46,542 nucleotides of DNA from Candidatus Saccharimonadota bacterium (GCA_016187175.1 JACPKG010000003.1:1-46542), one strand, 5' to 3'. Positions 8,584 to 18,678 are shown, counted from the first letter of the stretch. The notes: generated by a model from the letters alone, not told the origin. Numbers and translations are program-made.

Positions 8584-8747
8584 GCTCTTGCAGTTTCATA
8601 AAATAGTACTATAGTTATGCTTATTCATTTATGTAATAAATATAGGCCAAAACACACAGTATGAGTAATTCGTTCATAGAACAATTCCCTCAATTTAGAA
8701 CTCCGGGCCAATTAAGAAAAGATGAAATTATATTAGGAGGAGTTGCT

Positions 8748-9971
8748 ATGACAAACGGTTTTGATAAAAAACAAGGAGATCAACCAGTACTCAATGCTAG
8801 TCCTGGAATCCTCAAAGAACCTGGCGGTAGTTCGGTAAACAACCCGCCTGCCGCAGATGAGTTGGAACCTGTTTCTTCTGAATCAGGTGGAGTAATCGTT
8901 GGAAAACCTGAAAAAATAGAAGGCACAGAAGGATTTTATAATCCAGCAGCTTGGCGGTACGTTGACAAGTACGGTGTCCCTAAGATTTGTTTATTGGGTC
9001 GTGATGTGAAAATGCCCGACCAAGCTTCTGCTACCGACGATAAACCTGTTGAATTTACTGCCGATGGAGATCCGATTGTCGGGGGCGGGCCAGATGTTGG
9101 TCCTATAGTACTTAAGGTTATAGGCCCAGATGGTAGGATTATACCCGAACTCACAAAAATAGTTTTTGAACCCAAAGTCGGGGGACCCTCGTTTGAAGAT
9201 TTCAGAGCATTATCGTTAGACGATGGCACGCTTATTTTTGGACTGACTTGGGTAGAACCCGACGGTACGCCTTTCCCTGCAATGCTGGTTACAACAACCG
9301 AAGAATTGATGGAACCAGGAACATCTGTAGAACCTAAAATTGTCAAAGATCTAGGTAGTGGCGACCAGACAACTCCCCTAGATGAAGAAGGTGTCAAAAT
9401 ACCAGGAAAAAACCTCACGCCGATTGATAGACATTCTTCAGATACAGATACGTATTCTTTCATGTTTAGGTCGCAAGGCAAAGAAAATCGTCATCGACTC
9501 CAAGTATTTTATGTTAAGGAAGGCGTAGTGACACATCGGTATGATATAAAGCTTCCTACGGATAAGGAGTGGGGTGAGTGGCAAATGGGCACGGGCGCGC
9601 CTCCAGAATGGACTGATAAGACCCGCCGAGAGGCTATTACTCTGATCCATGGGATCACAATAGTAAACGGGGAGTACGTATATACGTTCGCTTCTGCCAG
9701 GATGTATAGGGATCAAGATGACGTGCTATCGTTAGACAATATAGGCAAACCACTACTGACTTCAGCTTTGTTTGACGATGTAGTTCAACGTCATCGAGGG
9801 AGAAACGCATTTTATATTGATGGGTGGGTACCTCATCGTGACGAGGATGGCAACCTTGTTCTTCTGGAGGTGTTCGGCAGTCCAGGCGATTCACGCACGG
9901 ATAGAGTTTTCTTGGATCCGCGTGAAATAATCAGGCAATGGAAGAGGCCTGAATTGGCCGTGGCCGCTTAA
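8748..9971 (+). CDS. Divergent GH130-like beta-propeller glycosidase/phosphorylase
   Basis: Ordered motifs YNPAA, EDFR, KN, MGTGAPP, IHG match the GH130 pattern FNP, EDPR, KN, IG.GAPP, YHG; SD aggagg favours ATG 8748 over 8661. Confidence 0.6.
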   Translation: MTNGFDKKQGDQPVLNASPGILKEPGGSSVNNPPAADELEPVSSESGGVIVGKPEKIEGTEGFYNPAAWRYVDKYGVPKICLLGRDVKMPDQASATDDKPVEFTADGDPIVGGGPDVGPIVLKVIGPDGRIIPELTKIVFEPKVGGPSFEDFRALSLDDGTLIFGLTWVEPDGTPFPAMLVTTTEELMEPGTSVEPKIVKDLGSGDQTTPLDEEGVKIPGKNLTPIDRHSSDTDTYSFMFRSQGKENRHRLQVFYVKEGVVTHRYDIKLPTDKEWGEWQMGTGAPPEWTDKTRREAITLIHGITIVNGEYVYTFASARMYRDQDDVLSLDNIGKPLLTSALFDDVVQRHRGRNAFYIDGWVPHRDEDGNLVLLEVFGSPGDSRTDRVFLDPREIIRQWKRPELAVAA

Positions 9972-10036
9972 CTTAAAGTAAGAACAGAGTTTTTGCTGTC
10001 GAATTGTCCAGACCGGTAGGCTCAGCCAATAATTTC

Positions 10037-10065
10037 TTGACAGGCTTTTGATCATATGCCACCAT
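10037..10065 (+). promoter_or_regulatory. Promoter of the ilv leader
   Basis: TTGACA-17 bp-CACCAT with upstream TG; predicted +1 near ATG 10073. Confidence 0.6.
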
Positions 10066-10072
10066 GCTAGGC

Positions 10073-10120
10073 ATGCGCAACCAACTAATTAGTGAGGTAA
10101 TCATTATTAACCCAGCCTAG
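10073..10120 (+). CDS. Branched-chain amino acid leader peptide MRNQLISEVIIINPA
   Basis: Six Ile/Val/Leu codons, including a VIII run, directly upstream of alternative hairpins and ilvB. Confidence 0.8.
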   Translation: MRNQLISEVIIINPA

Positions 10121-10179
10121 CGGGTAGTTTTTTGCATATTACAAACGAAAAATAACTCCCGCAAAATGCGGGAGTTTTT
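10120..10179 (+). terminator. Attenuator: antiterminator plus intrinsic terminator
   Basis: Terminator aactcccgca-aaa-tgcgggagtt-ttt (10154-10179); gcgggtagtt (10120-10129) can pair with its 5' arm. Confidence 0.85.
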
Positions 10180-10240
10180 ATATCAAGCAGGCCAAATCAT
10201 TTGCTTAAATATGAAAATAATGAGATAATAAAGAAAAGTA

Positions 10241-12040
10241 ATGAGACGTAATTATACCGGCGCTGAAGCCACGATAAAAACCCTTGAAGAACTAGGGGTA
10301 ACGTACATATTTGGCCTTTCGGGCGGAGCCATCCTACCGTTTACTGATGCTGTTCACAGACTTGCAACAGCTGGTGAGAGCGAAATTAATTTGGTTTATA
10401 CGCGTCACGAGCAAGGCGCGATTCATATGGCCGAAGGTTACACCAGTGCCAGCGGTAAACCTGGGGTGGTGTTGGTAACTAGCGGCCCGGGTGCCGGTAA
10501 TATAATATCCGGCTTGCTGGACGCTAAGCTAGACAGACGGCCAGTGCTGGCAATCACCGGCCAAGTCCCCACCTATATGATCAATAAAGAGGGTTTTCAA
10601 GAGGCTCCTGTCATGGCTATATCTAGACCGCTGGTGAAGTGGAATCACCAACCCAAGGATTCCAATAAACTGCCAAGAGCTGTAGTTAAAGCGTTACGTA
10701 TCGCAACCAGCGGTCGCCCGGGTCCAGTTTTACTTGATGTACCGAAAAATATTGGCGAAGGAGATTTTACGGGAAGTCTAGAGCTAGCAATTGAGCGACC
10801 CGGCAAACTTGCTAAAATTAATCCTTACAAAGCCGTAATCAGGGCTAGGGATGCTATTAGAGAATATAGGGCTAACAAGGCTACCGGGGCTATTGTCAAG
10901 GCCTGGCGGACGGCCGAGAGGCCAGTTATATTAGCCGGTCATGGTGTATTAATTTCGGGAGGTACTGAAGAGTTACTAAAATTGGCAGAACAAGAAGATA
11001 CACCTGTTACTACAACTTTATTGGGTAAAGGCGCTTTTCCGGAAACTCATAGACTTAGCCTGGGAATGTTAGGCATGCACGGCACAGCTTATGCTAACAA
11101 AGCCATTTTAGGAGCTGACTTTGTACTTAATCTCGGCTCGCGCTTTGATGATCGGATCGTTGGTGATCCCAAGAAGTTTTGCAAAGGCGCCTTTATAGCC
11201 CACGTTGATATTGATCGCACACAATTTGGTAAGATGATTAAGCCAAACAAGAAAGTTGCCACTGACGGTCGTATATTTATCAAAACAATCCTTGGTGAAT
11301 TGGCCTTAAATGGCAAAGAGAAACGGTCTGACCGCTCTAAATGGAATGAAAAAATCGAAGAATTTAAGGTGCAATACCCTCTGAGCTATGAAACCAGCCA
11401 AGGACTGACAGCCCAAGAAGTGATTGACGCCGTTTATAAAGTCAGTGGTGGCGATGCCATCGTAACGGCCGACGTCGGCCAGCACCAAATGTGGGCTGCC
11501 CAGTTTTATAAAACCAATAGACCCAACCACTGGATAACTTCTGGGGGTGCCGGCACTATGGGTTTTGGTTTGCCGGCGGCTATCGGGGCTCAATTTGCGA
11601 AACCTCATGAACAAGTTATTGCTTTTGTCGGCGACGGCGGTTTTCAAATGACGTCGTATGAACTAACTACTGCCCGTAAACATAATCTGCCAATCAAAGT
11701 AATTATCTTAGACAATCAATATTTAGGCATGGTCCGTCAATGGCAAGAAGTTTTTTACGATGACCGCGAAAGTGCAGTGAACCTGGAAGATAACCCTGAT
11801 TTTGTAATGTTGGCTGAGAGCCATGGCGCAGTCGCAATAAGAGTTGAGGATCGTGAAGATCTGCAGGCAGCGCTGGAAAAAGCTTTCTCAGTTAATGATC
11901 GACCGGTAGTTGTGCACGCTTGTGTTAATAAAACCGATAATGTTTACCCTTTTATTCCTTCAGGAAGACCATACACCGATATGCTCTTAGGGCCACCGCC
12001 ACCAAATGAAAAATTGCCAACTCCGACGGGAAGCACATAG
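10241..12040 (+). CDS. ilvB: Acetolactate synthase large subunit, biosynthetic type
   Basis: RHEQGA, TSGPGA, GRPGPV, LGMLGMHG, RFDDR, DVGQHQMW, TPP motif GDGGFQM...N, LGMVRQWQ. Confidence 0.95.
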   Translation: MRRNYTGAEATIKTLEELGVTYIFGLSGGAILPFTDAVHRLATAGESEINLVYTRHEQGAIHMAEGYTSASGKPGVVLVTSGPGAGNIISGLLDAKLDRRPVLAITGQVPTYMINKEGFQEAPVMAISRPLVKWNHQPKDSNKLPRAVVKALRIATSGRPGPVLLDVPKNIGEGDFTGSLELAIERPGKLAKINPYKAVIRARDAIREYRANKATGAIVKAWRTAERPVILAGHGVLISGGTEELLKLAEQEDTPVTTTLLGKGAFPETHRLSLGMLGMHGTAYANKAILGADFVLNLGSRFDDRIVGDPKKFCKGAFIAHVDIDRTQFGKMIKPNKKVATDGRIFIKTILGELALNGKEKRSDRSKWNEKIEEFKVQYPLSYETSQGLTAQEVIDAVYKVSGGDAIVTADVGQHQMWAAQFYKTNRPNHWITSGGAGTMGFGLPAAIGAQFAKPHEQVIAFVGDGGFQMTSYELTTARKHNLPIKVIILDNQYLGMVRQWQEVFYDDRESAVNLEDNPDFVMLAESHGAVAIRVEDREDLQAALEKAFSVNDRPVVVHACVNKTDNVYPFIPSGRPYTDMLLGPPPPNEKLPTPTGST

Positions 12041-12132
12041 CAAATACAGCTACTAATGAAGCCCGCTCATCTTTCATATAAGGCTGGCGTTGACTGCTTG
12101 ACTGAGCGCCTCTAAAATAAACAATTGTTAAT

Positions 12133-12849
12133 ATGACTTAAAATAAACATGATCTTTATGAGGACCATGGCCAAAGCATAGGCCCAAAACTAAACAAGCT
12201 GCGAGCGGCGGTACTGGGAGCCAATAACGGCATAGTTTCTATTTCTGGTCTGGTGGTTGGCGTCGCCGGAGCTACCGATTCCAAAGTGGTTATTTTGACC
12301 GCTGGTGTAGCTGGTCTGATCGCTGGTGGCATATCAATGGCGGCTGGTGAGTACGTGTCGGTTAGCAGCCAACGTGACACGGAGCGGGCTCTGCTGCACC
12401 AAGAAAAATTTGAGCTTAAAAACTACCCCAAAGGTGAGTTTCATGAGCTGGTAAAACTCTACCAAGATAAAGGCTTAACCCAAGCCACTGCCAACAAGGT
12501 AGCTAGCGAACTAACAGACCGCGATGTCTTTATGGCTCATGCTGATGCCGAGCATAGCATAGACCCGGATGAGCTGGTTAACCCCTGTCAGGCGGCCATC
12601 GCCTCAACCGCGTCGTTTTTGGCCGGAGCCGCCATTCCGCTAATTGCCATTACTGGGCCGCCGGCCAATATGCGCATACCGATAGCCTTTGTGTCAGCTG
12701 TTATTGCACTTATACTCACTGGTACGCTGAGCGCTAAAGTTGGCAAAGCTCCGGTCTTGCCAGCCATCGCCAGAGTTGTATCTGGAGGCTTGATAGCTAT
12801 GGTTATCACTTTTAGTATCGGCAGTTTGCTTGGCGCCAGCAATATATAG
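12133..12849 (+). pseudogene. VIT1/CCC1 transporter, probable pseudogene
   Basis: ATG 12133 is in frame but codon 3 is TAA; conserved LRAAVLGANDG reads GANNG and lies upstream of the track ORF; SMAAGEYVSVSSQRD intact. Confidence 0.75.
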
Positions 12850-13218
12850 ATTGACCTCATAGAGACGTGCTGTCTTCTTCACACAACAATTTCGTCAGCC
12901 AGTTATTATTCCTTTCCAAAAGATATGCTCTAGACCCATAGGTTCCGCCAATTTACGCCGGCTCATACCAAAGCAAAACATTATCTGATTTAAACCCCCT
13001 TATTCCTGGAAGCTTAAGATTACCTGACTCTCAAAACATAGCTTACTAGACAATATTTTTGCCGTTTACAAGGAGGCTCATTGTAAACTTGTAAACAATG
13101 GATGAGTCACGCCTTAGGCGATGGGGTTTGATGGAGGTTTTTAGAGTCCGATGGGATTAACATGATAGTATTTAAGTTAAATTTTATAATATAAGCTAGT
13201 AATTACGGAGAGAAGTAA

Positions 13219-13509
13219 ATGAGTCAACCAATGGAAGTACGGCAAGAGCTGAGAGATCAAGTAGCAGAGCTTGCTGGAAGCTATCCAGAAAACGCCGAGG
13301 CTACGGTGGTTCTCAGGGGTTTATACAGGCTTTATTTTGATAGAAAATCTGACGCAAATCCTAGAGAGAAGGGATTTTTGTTGTCTGCAGGTTATAACTT
13401 TTCTAGGTCTGCCGGTTTTCCTTTCCAACAAAATAATGAAATTTTTCGAGAAGAAGCCGCTAGACTCTACACGCCTCCACAGCAAGCTGGCGTCACACCC
13501 CAAGCATAA
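13219..13509 (+). CDS. Hypothetical protein, 96 aa
   Basis: ATG with ggag SD and upstream TATAAT; no recognised family. Confidence 0.6.
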   Translation: MSQPMEVRQELRDQVAELAGSYPENAEATVVLRGLYRLYFDRKSDANPREKGFLLSAGYNFSRSAGFPFQQNNEIFREEAARLYTPPQQAGVTPQA

Positions 13510-13592
13510 AAGTGCTCATACTTCATGCTGGCTGATGAAGACGCGTTAGCTATTGAGATTGAAGCCGCTGATAAATGAGGATAGCTAAATAC

Positions 13593-14486
13593 GGCTCAGT
13601 CAACTAACATGGAACAAGACTCATAGCTAGGTAGTTTTGCGGACTTTTCAAGAGCTCTGGGAAGTTATGCCTGGCTTCCCATTCTTTTAAGATGACATCC
13701 AGGTATTTGGTCGGTACACAGCCATAGAGTTTTCTAAGGTAACGCTTGAGAGCACTCCAGACTTTCTCTACGGGGTTAGTGCCGGCATACCTGCCCAGGC
13801 TATGGTTCCAGGACTCATGGGAGTCACCATAAAACTCTAGCTTCTCATAGCCCCACCAGGCATCAGTCACCACTAAAGCACCCTCTTTAAACTGCTTCAC
13901 TAACAAAACTGGTTAAGACTTCGGCTGAGCGATTGGCTATAGCCTGCAATTTTAGCTGGTTATCCAGGGCAATGGCCCCAGCCACGATGACCTGGTCCTG
14001 CTTACTCCGGAGTTTACCAAAATAGGATTCGTCACTGATGACTACCTCCGCCAGCACAGCTTTGGCTGAACTCGGCAAGTTAGTCCTGAAACGGCTATAC
14101 CAACGGGCAACTGTGGTGTAGCTGACTCGAGCTAGCAACCTAGCCGTATCCGGACTCTTACGGTTCTGCGCCAGTACCACAGCAGGACGAACAGCTGCCG
14201 GGGTGACAGTTTCAGGCCATACAGCCAGCTGCCACGGTAGGCCGTAGACCTGAGCTTTTTGCGGCAGAACTTGCACCACAGATACTTGCCTTGCTAGTTC
14301 TCTGCCAGGCAGCTACTGCAGCCTGGACAAGCTAGGCCTTCACCGAACACTAAGTTGTTAAGGATCCGCCAGCACTTTAGATTACTAACATAGACTGGTA
14401 ATTTGTTCATTGGGACAACTCCTCTTGAATTAAGTTAGTTTTACCAACCTAATTCTACGAGTTGTTCCACTTTAGTTTAACGAGCC
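13593..14486 (-). mobile_element. IS1595-family insertion sequence, inactive
   Basis: Imperfect terminal inverted repeats ggctcagtcaactaacatggaacaa and ggctcgttaaactaaagtggaacaa enclosing the transposase. Confidence 0.85.
13604..14410 (-). pseudogene. IS1595 DDE transposase pseudogene
   Basis: ATG 14410 with SD; zinc ribbon CPGC...CKFC; DESYFG, VTD...Y, NHS, TNPVEKVWSALKR; in-frame TAG at 14294-14296 plus two frameshifts. Confidence 0.88.
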
Positions 14487-14583
14487 ATTTGCTGGACTGT
14501 AAATCAGTATAAAGCCGGTGCTATAATTGGCTAGCTCAGCAAGTTTATAGGGGTGAAGTGCTTAAGCTAAACGGAATGTAGAT

Positions 14584-15987
14584 ATGATAGTAATGAAGTT
14601 TGGTGGGAGCTCGGTGGGCGACACCAGGCGTATACAGCGAGTAGCTCAACTAATCAACGAGCTGCAAGCTAAAGAACCGGTTGTGGTTGTGGTGTCGGCC
14701 ATCGGTGGTGTGACTGATTTGCTGCTTACTGCAGCCACGGCGGCCGCTGGCAAAAACCAATCCAAGCTCACTGAGAGTCTTAAGTCCTTAAGGGGTCTTC
14801 ATTTGCAAGTGGCAGCAGGCTTAAAGTTAACGCAGTCGGCCCAAACTGAGCTTAACGATTTAGTTGATGAAAGACTTGCTAAAGCGGGACAATTACTGCA
14901 GAGTGTCTACACTCTTGGTGAGTTAACTCCTAGAGCGCTTGATGCTATTTTATCGTACGGTGAAAGGCTAAATATCCATCTAGTGGCTAACGCCATAGGA
15001 CCCAAAGCTCGTCCGTTGGAGGCCAGCAACTTTATTGTCACTGACGATCGTTTTGGCGCAGCCCAGCCTCAGCTGGAAAAATCTGTCAGGCGAACAAAGT
15101 TGGTAATTTCGCCACTTATAAAACGTAATTTTATTCCAGTCGTCACTGGTTATATTGGCGCCACAGCTGAAGGTGTCATAACCACTCTTGGCCGGGGCGG
15201 TTCTGACTATTCAGCGACTATTTTAGGCTACTGTCTGGGCGCCAGAGAAGTCTGGATTTGGACGGATGTCGATGGCGTGATGACGGCCGATCCAAAAGTC
15301 GTTAGAGATGCCCACACTATTGCTGAGCTTACCTACAACGAAGCCGCCGAGCTTTCTTACTTTGGAGCTAAGGTACTGCATCCTCTTACAATGGTTCCGG
15401 TCGCCCTTAAAAATATACCAATCCGGATTAAAAATACTTTTAAGCCTGAAATTGAAGGCACCAAAATCGCCAAAAAAATTTCTGAAAACGGAACCAGTAC
15501 CAAGGCCATTGCCACGATTGGCAACCTTTCATTGATTACCGTTCAGGGTAAAGGCATGTTGGGCGTACCCGGAGTAGCGGCCAGAATGTTTGACGCCATC
15601 GCCGCAGAGGAAATTAATGTGATGTTTATTTCTCAGGCCTCATCGGAGTTTAACATTTCTTTCGTCGTCCAGTACGGCGATGGTCGCCACGCGGTTAAAG
15701 TACTTAAAGAAATCTTTCGATACGAGCTTGATATCAGAACCATTGAGACTGTCAAAATTGAAGAAAATCTGGCTATTATCGCCGTTGTGGGTGAAGGTAT
15801 GAGAGGACATCCTGGTATTGCCGGCCAAACGTTTTCGGCGCTTGGTAATGCTAAAGTGAACATTATCGCTATAGCTCAGGGTTCTTCGGAGCGCAATATA
15901 TCGCTGGTTATTCACCAGCACGAAGTGCCCAAAGCTGTTAAAAGCATACATAATCAATTCCATCTAGCTAAGAAACAAAATGGTTAA
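14584..15987 (+). CDS. Aspartate kinase with two ACT domains
   Basis: MKFGGSS, VVVSA, TTLGRGGSDYSA, WTDVDG.MTADP, FGAKVLHP, QGSSERNIS. Confidence 0.96.
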   Translation: MIVMKFGGSSVGDTRRIQRVAQLINELQAKEPVVVVVSAIGGVTDLLLTAATAAAGKNQSKLTESLKSLRGLHLQVAAGLKLTQSAQTELNDLVDERLAKAGQLLQSVYTLGELTPRALDAILSYGERLNIHLVANAIGPKARPLEASNFIVTDDRFGAAQPQLEKSVRRTKLVISPLIKRNFIPVVTGYIGATAEGVITTLGRGGSDYSATILGYCLGAREVWIWTDVDGVMTADPKVVRDAHTIAELTYNEAAELSYFGAKVLHPLTMVPVALKNIPIRIKNTFKPEIEGTKIAKKISENGTSTKAIATIGNLSLITVQGKGMLGVPGVAARMFDAIAAEEINVMFISQASSEFNISFVVQYGDGRHAVKVLKEIFRYELDIRTIETVKIEENLAIIAVVGEGMRGHPGIAGQTFSALGNAKVNIIAIAQGSSERNISLVIHQHEVPKAVKSIHNQFHLAKKQNG

Positions 15988-17038
15988 AGAAGTTTTTAAA
16001 TATTATTTACTTCATATGGGGGTAGGCAATGTTGGCAGAGCTGTGTTGCAGCAAGTTAGAGACAATCGGCAGTGGGTTCAACGGACGTATGGCATTGATC
16101 TTATATACTGCGGACTTTTTGATAGCCAGGCTAGTGTATTCAATGCCCAAGGTTTATCCTTGGCTCAAATAAATGCTTTCCCAAGCTCTGGTATTGAGGA
16201 TATAAACCGAAGTATCAGACTTATGCCTAAACCTTTCGCGCTAATAGACACTACTGCTTCCGAACAGATTCTGCCCCTACTAGCTGAAGCTGCAGCTAGG
16301 GGTGGCGCAGTCATTTTAGCCAATAAGAATCCACTGGCAGCCGGTCAGAGTGATTTTAAGAAGTTGTCAAAATTAGCTGGTCGGCGGCTTTTTTACGAGA
16401 CTACCGTCGGTGCTGGCCTGCCGGTAATCCAAACTCTGAAAACGCTTATAGCCACCGGCGACAAGATTATCAGGATAGAGGGTTGTTTTAGCGGCACGCT
16501 AGGCTTTATCTTTTCACAGCTGCAAAAAGGAGACTCACTTTCAGAGGCGGTATTACAAGCCAAAAAATTGGGGTTCACCGAACCCGATCCGCGTGATGAT
16601 TTATCTGGCCTTGACGTTGCGCGCAAAGCCCTAATTTTGGCGCGTACACTTGGTGCTCATATGGAGATGACCGACATAAAAATCAAAAAAATCTACCCCC
16701 GGGCTATGGAGAAACTATCTGCTGGGGAGTTTTTAAACAAGCTACCCGAACTAGACAGTCTATTTAAAGCCAAAATCAATTTGGCCAGGCAGCGGGCTAA
16801 AACTCTGCGGTTTGTGGCCCAAGTTGAGCACGGTGATTACCGAGTAGGTCTGAGAGAAGTTGATCTAAATTCGGACATCGGTAGCTTAAATGGCTCTGAT
16901 AATATTATTATATTTAAAACCAGACGCTATTCTAAACAGCCGCTGGTTATTAAAGGTCCGGGTGCCGGCGTTGAGGTTACTGCTGCGGGAGTGTTTGACG
17001 ACATCTTGCAGGCGGCTCAGCAGGGAGCAAAACTATGA
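15980..17038 (+). CDS. Homoserine dehydrogenase, ThrA/MetL C-terminal type, standalone
   Basis: GVGNVG, ANK, YETTVGAGLP, SGTL, GFTEPDPRDDLSG.DVARK, GPGAG..VTA. Confidence 0.94.
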   Translation: MVKEVFKYYLLHMGVGNVGRAVLQQVRDNRQWVQRTYGIDLIYCGLFDSQASVFNAQGLSLAQINAFPSSGIEDINRSIRLMPKPFALIDTTASEQILPLLAEAAARGGAVILANKNPLAAGQSDFKKLSKLAGRRLFYETTVGAGLPVIQTLKTLIATGDKIIRIEGCFSGTLGFIFSQLQKGDSLSEAVLQAKKLGFTEPDPRDDLSGLDVARKALILARTLGAHMEMTDIKIKKIYPRAMEKLSAGEFLNKLPELDSLFKAKINLARQRAKTLRFVAQVEHGDYRVGLREVDLNSDIGSLNGSDNIIIFKTRRYSKQPLVIKGPGAGVEVTAAGVFDDILQAAQQGAKL

Positions 17039-18117
17039 AAAAATTGAAGGTCGGTATGCTAGGGGCCACCGGCATGGTCGGCCAGCGCTTCATTGCTTTA
17101 CTGGCTAATCATCCGTGGTTTGAAGTTGCCTCTTTAGCTGCCTCATCTCGCTCGGCCGGTAAGACCTATCAAGAAGCTGTTGCCGGACGCTGGTCAGTGA
17201 GCTCGGCCATACCCCCGACTATCCGGAAGATAAAAGTCCAAGCCGTCGAAGCCGATTTAGGGCAAATCACTAGTGAAGTAGATTTGGTATTTAGCGCCCT
17301 GGATATGGATAAAAAGGCTATCCAAGATCTAGAAATTACTTACGCAACGGCTTGGGTGCCGGTTATTTCTAATAATTCGGCCCATCGCTGGACGCAGGAC
17401 GTACCAGTACTCATGCCAGAAATCAATCCGGACCATGTCGGACTTATCGATGTTCAACGAAAAAACAGGGGCTGGAAAAAAGGCTTAATTGCCGTTAAGC
17501 CAAACTGCTCAATCCAGTCCTACGTTTCTATTTTGACCGCTCTGCGCAAATATCAGCCAACGGCTATCAACGTCACCAGTTTACAAGCAATATCTGGCGC
17601 AGGTAAAACTTTCGAAAGTTGGCTTCAGATGATCGATAATGTCATTCCTTTTATCAGCAACGAAGAAGAAAAATCAGCCAAAGAGCCGATGAAAATCTGG
17701 GGAAAATTATCTGGACGATCAATTAAATTGGCCAAAGCGCCAGAAATAGCGGCCGCTTGTATTCGAATACCGGTATCCGATGGTCATATGGCAGATGTAG
17801 CCGTCAACTTTAAACAAAAGCCAACCAAAACTCAGATTTTAAAAGCCGTGGCTAACTTTGGCAATCCTTTGTCACGCTTAAAGTTACCATCTGCCCCAAA
17901 GCAGTTAATCCACTATTTTGAGCAGGAGGACCGACCCCAAACAGCGCTCGACCGTGATTTAGAAAACGGCATGGGGATTGCTATGGGTAGGCTAAGAAAA
18001 GACACACATTTCGATTGGCGGTTTATAGCTCTTTCGCACAACACTATTCGTGGAGCCGCCGGCGGAGCTATCTTGATGGCCGAGCTACTTGTTAAAAAAG
18101 GTTATATTTCAAGCTAG
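17035..18117 (+). CDS. asd: Aspartate-semialdehyde dehydrogenase
   Basis: GATGMVGQ, catalytic PNCS, QAISGAG, HNTIRGAAG. Confidence 0.96.
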   Translation: MKKLKVGMLGATGMVGQRFIALLANHPWFEVASLAASSRSAGKTYQEAVAGRWSVSSAIPPTIRKIKVQAVEADLGQITSEVDLVFSALDMDKKAIQDLEITYATAWVPVISNNSAHRWTQDVPVLMPEINPDHVGLIDVQRKNRGWKKGLIAVKPNCSIQSYVSILTALRKYQPTAINVTSLQAISGAGKTFESWLQMIDNVIPFISNEEEKSAKEPMKIWGKLSGRSIKLAKAPEIAAACIRIPVSDGHMADVAVNFKQKPTKTQILKAVANFGNPLSRLKLPSAPKQLIHYFEQEDRPQTALDRDLENGMGIAMGRLRKDTHFDWRFIALSHNTIRGAAGGAILMAELLVKKGYISS

Positions 18118-18210
18118 ATACGTAAGAAAGAGAAATTTTATACAGCTCACTTTTTACACTTATGCTAGACTTTTTTTGCCCCAAGGTGGTTGGGTTTGAA
18201 GAGGATCGAA

Positions 18211-18678
18211 ATGGAAAGAGATAAGCTATATGACGCCGCAATAAAGTCGCACGATGTTTTGTTTAGAGCCAGCACCGTCTTTCCGTTCATACTTTTTCCA
18301 GATTCTATCGTGCTTGATCGTGAGAAGTTAATTATTATCCATCGGCCGTTTTTTAGGATGGCCAAAATAACCGCGATTAGAATAAAGGATATTTTAAACG
18401 CCGAAGTTGACGTTGGTCCTTTTTTTGGCCAATTGCGGATTGTGACACGGTATTACTCGGGCGACAACGCCCAATTTGCCGGTGCCGATGCTGGCTCAAG
18501 AGACAGGAAGCCGCCCTCCATCAAATATTTATGGAGGGGTGACGCTCTTAAAGTCCACAGTCTGCTTCAGGGCTATATCATTGCTACCCAAAAAGAGATT
18601 GATTGCACCTCAATACCGAAGGACGAGTTAATTATGTTGTTGAACGATCTTGGCCAAAGCGTTGCCCAGGCCACTTAG
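18211..18678 (+). CDS. Conserved hypothetical protein, bacterial PH-like domain
   Basis: VFPF.LFPD...I.IKDI..AEVDVGPFFG pattern; start 18211 inferred. Confidence 0.7.
   Translation: MERDKLYDAAIKSHDVLFRASTVFPFILFPDSIVLDREKLIIIHRPFFRMAKITAIRIKDILNAEVDVGPFFGQLRIVTRYYSGDNAQFAGADAGSRDRKPPSIKYLWRGDALKVHSLLQGYIIATQKEIDCTSIPKDELIMLLNDLGQSVAQAT

Noticed and set aside
13531-13590. Hammerhead ribozyme suggested by CTGATGA and the ttagctat/atagctaa stem
   Set aside because: No properly placed GAAA or third stem
14487-14583. Lysine riboswitch or thr attenuator upstream of aspartokinase
   Set aside because: Under 100 nt between the IS end and the ATG, with no aptamer motifs, leader peptide or terminator
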